DNA of 64,000 nucleotides from Gemmatimonas sp. GTDB taxonomy: Bacteria; Gemmatimonadota; Gemmatimonadetes; Gemmatimonadales; Gemmatimonadaceae. Of the stretch, positions 46,739 to 53,917 are shown piece by piece. Under the pieces are notes generated by a model. That model was not told where the DNA came from. It made no database searches and was given only the letters and a program-made list of their open reading frames with translations. Positions within the stretch are counted from its first letter, which is position 1. Every line of letters begins with the position of its first letter. Both the position numbers and the translations under genes were made by a program. The stretch lies in contig OZ257156.1 of the NCBI GenBank assembly GCA_965279375.1, positions 5,245,735 through 5,309,734 on the forward strand, written 5' to 3'.

Positions 46739-48691
46739 ATGACCTACTCTCTCATGCGGTCCGTCGCGGCGCTCTCCAGCGTCTCTCTGCTTGGCCTGTT
46801 CGCGTCGTCGGCCGAGGCCGGTGTTCCGTGTGGCGTTGGCGCCGGTGGTGGCGCGGTCGCGGATCGCGGCGCAGGTCTCCCAGTCGCCGTTTACTGCGCT
46901 GCGCGCAGAGACGGCTTTGGGAGACCCGCGCCGCTCCCGCGAGCGGGCGTTGGAGTGGGCGCTGAGGACGTTGCGGCCAACGCGGCTGGCGTCGTCGCAG
47001 ACGCGCCCGGAGCAGTCGGTTCAGGTCTCAGGCTTCCTTGCGCCAAAGGCCCCGACACGCCGCCCTCGCAAGCGGGCGCCGGCGCAGGGTCCGTCGCCGA
47101 CGACTCGTTCCGAGCGAAGCGAGGAATGCTCGGCGGCGACGGATCCCTGCGGCCGGCGCCGAGCCCCCGCGCCGACAGGCTCCCGCCGCAGCAGCGAGTC
47201 GACGTGCTGATCACCGGCGGCCGAGTAGTCGACGGCTCTGGCGCGGCGCCGCGCGTGACAGATGTGGGTCTTCGCGGTGAACGCATCGTGTTCGTGGGCG
47301 ATGCCAAGGCGCGTGGTGTGACGGGCGCGCGCACTATCGACGCGCGCGGACTCATCGTCGCTCCGGGATTCATCGACCCCCATGCGCACGTACTCGTGGA
47401 CCTGCAGCAGGCGAGCACCAGCCGTCTCGAAGGCTACCTCATGCAGGGCGTCACGACGGTGCTCACCGGCAATGACGGCGGTGGTCCGGTGAGTGTTGGC
47501 GCTGCACTCGGAACATGGGCGCGCAATGGAGTGGGGCCCAACGCAGGGGTGTTCATCGGGCAGGGATCGGTGCGCGGCACCGTGGTAGGACGCGGCGCGC
47601 AGGCGGCAACCGCGGTGCAAATCGATTCGATGCGCGCTCTGGTTCGCCGAGCGATGCAGCAGGGCGCGTTCGGCATGTCGGCCGGCTTGTTCTACGCACC
47701 GGGCAGCTTCGCCACGACCGATGAAGTGATTGCCCTCGCCAAGGAGCTCGCGCCGTTTGGCGGGGTGTACGACACGCATCAGCGCGACGAAAGCTCGTAC
47801 GACATCGGACTGCTCGCCTCCACGCGCGAAGCGATGCGCATCGGCAAGGAAGCCGGGGTCACCCTCAACGTCTCACACATCAAGGCGCTGGGTGTAGACG
47901 TGTGGGGACGCAGCGACTCGCTCGTCGCGATGATTCGCGCGGCCCGTGCGCGCGGCGACAAGGTGTTTGCCGATCAGTACCCTTACACGGCCAGTGGAAC
48001 GTCACTCACGGCATCCCTGGTGCCCCGCTGGGCGGAAGACGGCGGCGATGCAGCGCTCCTCAAGCGGTTTGCCGACGATACGCTGCTGCCACGCATTCGC
48101 CGCGAGATGGAAGAGAACATGCGCCGTCGCGGTGGCGCGGCGTCGTTGCTGCTCGTTGCCCTGCGCGACAAGTCGCTGCTGGGGCTCAACCTCGCGCAGG
48201 TTGCCGAACGCATGAAGACTGATCCGATCTCCGCCGCGATCGCGGTGATCAAGAACGGCGGCTCCAGCGCAGCATCGTTCAACATGCAGCAGGCGGACAT
48301 CGACGTGCTGGCGAAGGAGCCGTGGGTGATGACCGGTTCGGACGGAAGCGACGGGCATCCGCGCAAATACGGCACCTTCTCCAAGAAACTTCGCGAGTAT
48401 GTGTTCGACCGGCACGTGCTCTCGCTGGAGGCGATGGTGCATCAATCGACCGCGCTGCCGGCGCAGGTGTTCGGCATCACCGATCGCGGCGAGCTGCGCG
48501 AAGGGAAGTACGCTGACGTGATCGTTTTCGATCCGGCCACGGTGAAGGATCTGAGCACCTACATCGAACCGACGCTATTGGCCACCGGCATGCGCTACGT
48601 GTTCGTGAACGGCGTCGCCGCCGTTGACGAGAGCAAGTCAACGACGGCGCGATCGGGCAAGGCACTCAAGGGCGCGAAGGCGATTCCATAG
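46739..48691 (+). CDS. secreted N-acyl-D-amino-acid deacylase-like amidohydrolase with long N-terminal insertion
   Basis: signal peptide ending AEA; PGFIDPHAH, QGVTT, THQRDE, SHIK, DQYPY, GSDG, HPRKYGTF, ADVIVFDP. Confidence 0.9.
   Translation: MTYSLMRSVAALSSVSLLGLFASSAEAGVPCGVGAGGGAVADRGAGLPVAVYCAARRDGFGRPAPLPRAGVGVGAEDVAANAAGVVADAPGAVGSGLRLPCAKGPDTPPSQAGAGAGSVADDSFRAKRGMLGGDGSLRPAPSPRADRLPPQQRVDVLITGGRVVDGSGAAPRVTDVGLRGERIVFVGDAKARGVTGARTIDARGLIVAPGFIDPHAHVLVDLQQASTSRLEGYLMQGVTTVLTGNDGGGPVSVGAALGTWARNGVGPNAGVFIGQGSVRGTVVGRGAQAATAVQIDSMRALVRRAMQQGAFGMSAGLFYAPGSFATTDEVIALAKELAPFGGVYDTHQRDESSYDIGLLASTREAMRIGKEAGVTLNVSHIKALGVDVWGRSDSLVAMIRAARARGDKVFADQYPYTASGTSLTASLVPRWAEDGGDAALLKRFADDTLLPRIRREMEENMRRRGGAASLLLVALRDKSLLGLNLAQVAERMKTDPISAAIAVIKNGGSSAASFNMQQADIDVLAKEPWVMTGSDGSDGHPRKYGTFSKKLREYVFDRHVLSLEAMVHQSTALPAQVFGITDRGELREGKYADVIVFDPATVKDLSTYIEPTLLATGMRYVFVNGVAAVDESKSTTARSGKALKGAKAIP
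46857..46942. repeat. 86-nt imperfect palindrome (REP/RPE-like) inside CDS
   Basis: arms TCGCGG/CCGCGA, GCGGCGC/GCGCCGC, GGTCTCCCA/TGGGAGACC, GCCGT/ACGGC, CTGCGC/GCGCAG. Confidence 0.7.
47075..47160. repeat. 86-nt imperfect palindrome (REP/RPE-like) inside CDS
   Basis: arms GGCGCCGGC/GCCGGCGCC, GCAGGG/CCCTGC, TCCGTCGCCG/CGGCGACGGA; apex TTCCGAGCGAAGCGAGGAA. Confidence 0.75.
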
Positions 48692-50153
48692 TTCGTTCGA
48701 CGGAGACTGGGATGCGCTCGACCACATCCCATCGCACCAGCTCGTAAACTGTGGGAGACGTCGGCGCGCCCGCCTGCGCATCTGCTGTCTTCGCCTCTGC
48801 CGCTCTCGGATCAAAGATGCGACTGATGACATGCAGGCTGGTGCCGGGTAATGGCAGCAGTCGCTGCGATACCGACATGACCTGATAGTTGAGCGTGGAC
48901 GAGACGGGAATCGATGCACCGCTACGTGTGCGAAGCCCGTAGGCACGCCGGAGCCGAAGGAGCTCCGGAATGTCCGAACGATCGGCGAATGCACCGGCGA
49001 CCTCGACGCGAATCGTTCCGGTCAGCGACGACGCCGAGTGAACCCGCAGATGCACGCCCTGGTCGACCAAGGACGTGTCGCCATCAGCGCGTATCTGCGC
49101 GAGGACGGTGGCACGACTCGCTTCCACGGTGCCGTGGATGCGAACGTAACGGAGCGTGGAGTCGGGGCGCGGGAACCAGTACAGCCGAATCCCCGCACTC
49201 TCGCCAAGCGGCAGCTCCGTCTGGTTGGAGACGGGTGTACCGAGCGGCGCGAAGAGTCCCACCACTACCGCGAGCGAGGAGCGCTTGCCGTCGTGCCCTT
49301 CGAACCGCGACGAATCGGCCCTGAACTCATAGCGCTTGTCCCGCTGCATGCCTCGAACGGTGACGATGGCGCCATCCGGCTCTCCAACGCGCACTTTACT
49401 CACGGAATCCAGTGTCAACGTCAGCGCACTCGGCGCGGCATCGCGCACCGGCTCGAGCGAGGCGCGAGCCGCCGGAGTCATGACCGCGAGAATACCCACC
49501 GCGAGCAGACTTCCGCTGGCGAGCTGCCACATGACACTTCGCGCGCGACGCTGATAAAGAGTCACCAACAGCGCCAGCGCCCCTATCGTTGCGAACGCCT
49601 GCAACGCGCCGCCAAAGCCTGCCGGCAACTCCACCTCGTCTGTTGCAACCGCAATCACCGCGAGCATCGCCGGTACAGCGATCATCGTGCCGACGAAGCC
49701 AACCAGTTGGCGCGTACTCGCCGCCACCAGCATGCAAAGCAACAGCCACCCCATGTACAACAGCGCGCCCATCGCGGTCATCGTGACGAGCCGCGTGGTG
49801 GGCATCTGCATGGAGGCAAGCACCACGGACTCGCCAAGCAGCGGAAGACCAAGCAGCGACAGCGTGAGCACCAGCTTGGCCGCCAGCAATGCGCCCACGC
49901 CAATCGGGCGGCTGGCCCAGAACGCGTCGGGACGCGAGGGCGAATCCGTCTGAACGCTCGTAGCAGCGATGATGCCGCCGAGCAACCAGACGAGCGGCAC
50001 CAGCGTCTCCATCCACATGGAGCGATCGGCTATCAGGGGCCGCGCGGTGAAGAGCGCGGCAGCGCACACGAGCAGCGCGTACCCTGCAATCCACCACCGT
50101 AGCTGCACAACGTCCTTCCGCAGGACATGCACTATCTGTCGCGCCGTCGTCAT
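48666..50153 (-). CDS. multi-pass membrane protein, probable ABC permease of the YtrA-type operon
   Basis: about 7 hydrophobic segments, FWASRPI...LLAAKL motif, ATGA overlap with the ATPase gene. Confidence 0.75.
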   Translation of the reverse strand: MTTARQIVHVLRKDVVQLRWWIAGYALLVCAAALFTARPLIADRSMWMETLVPLVWLLGGIIAATSVQTDSPSRPDAFWASRPIGVGALLAAKLVLTLSLLGLPLLGESVVLASMQMPTTRLVTMTAMGALLYMGWLLLCMLVAASTRQLVGFVGTMIAVPAMLAVIAVATDEVELPAGFGGALQAFATIGALALLVTLYQRRARSVMWQLASGSLLAVGILAVMTPAARASLEPVRDAAPSALTLTLDSVSKVRVGEPDGAIVTVRGMQRDKRYEFRADSSRFEGHDGKRSSLAVVVGLFAPLGTPVSNQTELPLGESAGIRLYWFPRPDSTLRYVRIHGTVEASRATVLAQIRADGDTSLVDQGVHLRVHSASSLTGTIRVEVAGAFADRSDIPELLRLRRAYGLRTRSGASIPVSSTLNYQVMSVSQRLLPLPGTSLHVISRIFDPRAAEAKTADAQAGAPTSPTVYELVRWDVVERIPVSVERTMESPSRP

Positions 50154-51067
50154 ACGCTTGCCTCCGTCGTAGCGCGCGTGCGCCCCGCCAGCGCGATGTA
50201 GAGTTCCTTGAGCGACGCCTCTCGCACATCCACCCGCGCCGCACCACGAAACGGCGCCGGCAGTTCACGCTGCGCGTCGGACTGTTCCATCAGCACGCTC
50301 AATCGCAGCCCCGCACGCTCCACCTGCACCCAGTTGGTCGGCAGCGGCTCAGGCAGACGCAGCGACGCATCCGTCACCATCTCCACGCGCTGAAAGCGCG
50401 ACCGCAGCTGCTCGATCGGCATCGACAACCGCATGCGCCCGTTCTCCAGCATCCCGACCCAATCGGCCAACGGCTCGATCTCGGCGATGTCGTGCGAGCA
50501 GAGCAGCACCGTCGCGCCTTCAAGGCTCGCTGCGTCGAGCAGTCCGCGCACCAGATCGTCCTTCACCGCCACGTCCATTCCGGTGAATGGCTCGTCCATC
50601 ACGATCAGGCGTGGACGCAGTGCGAGCGCCACCAGCAACGCCGCCTTCATGCGCTGTCCCCGAGACATCGCACCGATGCGCTGCTGCGGATCCAGATCAA
50701 ACCGCCGACGCAGCGACGTGGCCAGCGTTGCATCCCACGATGGATAGAGCGGTGCGCAGAACGCTTCCATTTGCTCGAGCCGCATCCAGGTCGGCAGCTC
50801 CTGTCCTTCCGCCACGTACGTGATGCGCTCGCGCTGATCACCGCGCAGCATTTTGATCGGGGTGTTGAAGACTTTAACCTGACCTTGCTGCAGCAGTCGC
50901 GTGCCGGCGAGCAGCTGCAGCAACGTGGTCTTCCCCGCCCCATTCGCGCCCAGCAGCGCGTAGAACGCGCCCGTGGGAATCTCGAAGTCCAGCGCGTCCA
51001 GTACCCTGCGCCGTCCAAACCCGTACGTGAGACCGCGCACCGAGACGGCCATCGTCGACTCACTCAT
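50150..51067 (-). CDS. ABC transporter ATP-binding protein (YtrB-like)
   Basis: GANGAGKTT, MSRGQ, VMDEP, CSH. Confidence 0.92.
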   Translation of the reverse strand: MSESTMAVSVRGLTYGFGRRRVLDALDFEIPTGAFYALLGANGAGKTTLLQLLAGTRLLQQGQVKVFNTPIKMLRGDQRERITYVAEGQELPTWMRLEQMEAFCAPLYPSWDATLATSLRRRFDLDPQQRIGAMSRGQRMKAALLVALALRPRLIVMDEPFTGMDVAVKDDLVRGLLDAASLEGATVLLCSHDIAEIEPLADWVGMLENGRMRLSMPIEQLRSRFQRVEMVTDASLRLPEPLPTNWVQVERAGLRLSVLMEQSDAQRELPAPFRGAARVDVREASLKELYIALAGRTRATTEASV

Positions 51068-51552
51068 GCATTGCTCCTGGACACGGCCGGCGATGCGGCC
51101 TGGTGCATTTTCGTGGACCGCGCGGCTGCTCGCGCATCTTCGAAGACGGACTCGGCGATGACGGACGCGCCTCCCGTCGACAGCTCCGCCCAGCGCGCTC
51201 GGACGGCGTCGAGCAAATCGGCTTCGTCGAGCCCCAACCGCTTTGCCTCCACCACCAACTGCTCGACCTCCTGCGACAGCAGCGCCGTGCGCTCCTGCGC
51301 GGTGGCCTCGCGGCCTCCTGCCACGACCGTCCCGAGGCCCGGCATGACCGCCAGCAACCCCTGCCGGGTCAGCTCCGCGACCACCTTGTGCGCGGTATTG
51401 GGATTGATCTTGAGCGCCTGACTCAGCTCACGAACCGACGGGAACGGACTGCCCGACGGCAACTCGCCGGAGACGACGGCTCTGGTCGCCGCGTACACGA
51501 CCTGCCGAAACGGCGACTCGCCCGAGGTCAGGACCACCTGGAATGGAAGCAT
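51064..51552 (-). CDS. GntR family regulator, YtrA subfamily
   Basis: FPSVRELSQALKINPNTAHK wHTH, short C-terminal helices, upstream of an ABC ATPase. Confidence 0.93.
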   Translation of the reverse strand: MLPFQVVLTSGESPFRQVVYAATRAVVSGELPSGSPFPSVRELSQALKINPNTAHKVVAELTRQGLLAVMPGLGTVVAGGREATAQERTALLSQEVEQLVVEAKRLGLDEADLLDAVRARWAELSTGGASVIAESVFEDARAAARSTKMHQAASPAVSRSNA

Positions 51553-51587
51553 GGTGTACTATCTGCACTAGTACACCTAGATGTCAA
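51553..51587 (-). promoter_or_regulatory. YtrA-type operator overlapping a sigma70-like promoter
   Basis: perfect IR GGTGTACTA-N7-TAGTACACC (51553-51577); minus-strand TTGACA (51587-51582), 18-nt spacer, GATAGT, 5 nt, ATG. Confidence 0.8.
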
Positions 51588-51704
51588 GCGTTCGATTCGC
51601 GGGGCTGCGGACCGGTCCTTGCACGACTCTCGCCCGAAGCGCCCAGGATGGGCGTCCCGCGCGACCATTCGACGCGCTCAACTCACCGCATCTTGGAGAA
51701 TCCC

Positions 51705-52064
51705 ATGCCATTGACCCACTTGGAGTTACGTCACATCGAGAAGCGCCTGCACGAGGAGCGCGACCGGATCGTCGCGCAGTTGCACGAGTTCACCGGCCCG
51801 GAAGCCGCCGAGGATAGTGAGGACCGCGCCGGGGACATTTCGCAGTTCCCGACGCATCCGGCGGACCTGGGCACCGATGTCGCGAGTGAGGAGCTGGACG
51901 CGTCCATCGCGACACGGCGATCGGCCGAAATCGCGGAGATCGACGCGGCACTGGAGCGCCTGCGTACGCACCCCGAGATGTTCGGCGTGGACGAGAACGA
52001 TGGTTCGCCGATTCCCTACGCGCGTCTGCAGATCATCCCATGGGCGCGAACGACGGTGGGCTAG
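51705..52064 (+). CDS. TraR/DksA (YteA-like) protein without zinc-finger cysteines
   Basis: HPADLGTD coiled-coil tip, EIDAALERL, FGVDENDGSPIPYARLQIIPWAR; GGAG RBS. Confidence 0.85.
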   Translation: MPLTHLELRHIEKRLHEERDRIVAQLHEFTGPEAAEDSEDRAGDISQFPTHPADLGTDVASEELDASIATRRSAEIAEIDAALERLRTHPEMFGVDENDGSPIPYARLQIIPWARTTVG

Positions 52065-53914
52065 CGCAAAGGCTCTTCTGGCAGAGGCTGCCCGGGAACC
52101 CACGCCACTTCGCGCAGCCGCGCCAGCCACGCGAGCACGCGCGCCTTCTCCACGTGTACGGGACACACGAGTACATCGCCGTCACGCGCCCAGGCGAAGG
52201 CCTCGCGGACGGCGCTGAACTCGTCCGGCGAAACGCTCACGCGCTCCGCCGACACGCCACGCTGTCGCAAGGCGTCCACGAACACGGCCGGCATTTCCCC
52301 TAACGCTCGGCCGCGCAGCATCTGCGGCATCTCTTTGATGATGACGCGATCAAACGTCGTCGCGTCGACCGCCGCATCGACCAGTGCGCGAAGCTGCGTG
52401 TCGTCGCGATTGCCGGCCTGCCCCAGCAGCAGCAGGCGCCGCCGCGCGGGCAATTTATTTGCTGTTTCGCACAGCGCGGCGAGTCCATCCGGGTTGTGCG
52501 CGTAGTCCACCAGTGCCGTCACGCCACCAAAGCGAGAAAGCTGCAACCGGCCGGGATTGTCCGACGGTGACTCGCCAAAGTGTGCGAGCGTGTGGCGAAT
52601 CGCGTCGAGCGGGACACCGCTGGCGTAGGCGACCACACTCGCGCCGACGAGATTGGACACGTTGTGCGGGGCCGCGCCGCCGAGGGCGAGTGGCATGTCG
52701 GCGATCGCGCCGAGGTCGTGCCATCGTCCGTCGATGCACATGGTGATGCGTTCGTCGCGCACGACGGCGGCGAGTCCACCGAACTCTGCGTGCCTTGCGA
52801 GGCCATCGAACTCCGCGCGCGTGCTGAACCACGCCAGTCGCGCCCCCACCGACGGCGCGACCTCCACGAGCGTTGTGTCATCGGCGTTGAGCACGAGCGT
52901 GCCCTCGTGGTCGATCAGCGCGTGCCGAATGATGAGTTTCACGCGCGCGAGGTCGTACAGCGTATGCACGCCGTACTCGCCGAAATGATCGGCGGCGATA
53001 TTGGTGATGATACCCGCGCTCGCGCGCTGCGTGGCCAAGCCGCGCCGCAACATCCCGCCGCGCGCTGTCTCCAGCACAGCAGCTTCCACGCGATCGTCCT
53101 GCAGCACGACGCGCGCGCCGGCCGGCCCTGAGTAGTCGCCGCTATCGAGCTGCGCGTCGTCCACCCACACGCCATCGCTGCAACACCAGCCCGTCGCCTT
53201 CCCCGCCGCGCGCCACATCGCCGCGACCAGTCGTGTCGTGGTCGTCTTTCCGTTTGAACCAGTCACCAGCGTGACAGGGACTTCGCGCACCGCCTCCCAC
53301 GCGATGTCCACTGGCGCGGGGAGTGCAGCCATTGGCCAAACCAGTGCGCCGGCGCCGGTTCCGATCGACACGCGCTCATCATCGAACGCGATCGTGTTGC
53401 CCCGCGTGCGCGCCAGCCGGTACACCTCGGCGAGATGCGGTCGCATAGCACGCTCCTGCTCGAACTGCGCGCTGAGCTTCGCCGCCAACGTCGGGTCGCC
53501 GTACACGTAGCCCTCGATCAAGTGCGAGCGTTCAGCGATCACCCACGACTGCTCCGCAATCTCCGTCGCGGTCATGAGTCCATCGACGGGCGCCGGCACG
53601 AACAACGAGACAGTCGTCGCACCGGGCGCATTGTCAGGAACAATGCACATCTGTTCCGTCGGCCACCGTAGCATGCCGAGTTGCCGCCTTGCCTCCGTTG
53701 CCCACGCATCGTACAGGCGCACGCGCGAGATCGCGGGCACATCGGCAACGTTCACCTCGAGTACTGCGCCCTCGGTGCTGCCATACAGGTTCGCCCCCAT
53801 CAACCGCCGCGAGTCCACGATGCGTGGCGATGGGTACTCCGATTCCGTCACCGGTGCTTCTGTCGAGTGGGGCGCTACGGCCTCGCTGGGCGCATCCGGC
53901 GGAATTGCAGCCAC
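52061..53914 (-). CDS. cyanophycin synthetase-derived Mur ligase (N + M domains, ATP-grasp domain absent)
   Basis: DSRRLMGANLY N-terminus; VTGSNGKTTT, GDYSGP, LETARGG, DHFG, VLNADD, PGR, DYAHN, GNRDD all parallel the neighbouring CphA M domain. Confidence 0.88.
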   Translation of the reverse strand: MAAIPPDAPSEAVAPHSTEAPVTESEYPSPRIVDSRRLMGANLYGSTEGAVLEVNVADVPAISRVRLYDAWATEARRQLGMLRWPTEQMCIVPDNAPGATTVSLFVPAPVDGLMTATEIAEQSWVIAERSHLIEGYVYGDPTLAAKLSAQFEQERAMRPHLAEVYRLARTRGNTIAFDDERVSIGTGAGALVWPMAALPAPVDIAWEAVREVPVTLVTGSNGKTTTTRLVAAMWRAAGKATGWCCSDGVWVDDAQLDSGDYSGPAGARVVLQDDRVEAAVLETARGGMLRRGLATQRASAGIITNIAADHFGEYGVHTLYDLARVKLIIRHALIDHEGTLVLNADDTTLVEVAPSVGARLAWFSTRAEFDGLARHAEFGGLAAVVRDERITMCIDGRWHDLGAIADMPLALGGAAPHNVSNLVGASVVAYASGVPLDAIRHTLAHFGESPSDNPGRLQLSRFGGVTALVDYAHNPDGLAALCETANKLPARRRLLLLGQAGNRDDTQLRALVDAAVDATTFDRVIIKEMPQMLRGRALGEMPAVFVDALRQRGVSAERVSVSPDEFSAVREAFAWARDGDVLVCPVHVEKARVLAWLARLREVAWVPGQPLPEEPLR

Positions 53915-53917
53915 GGG

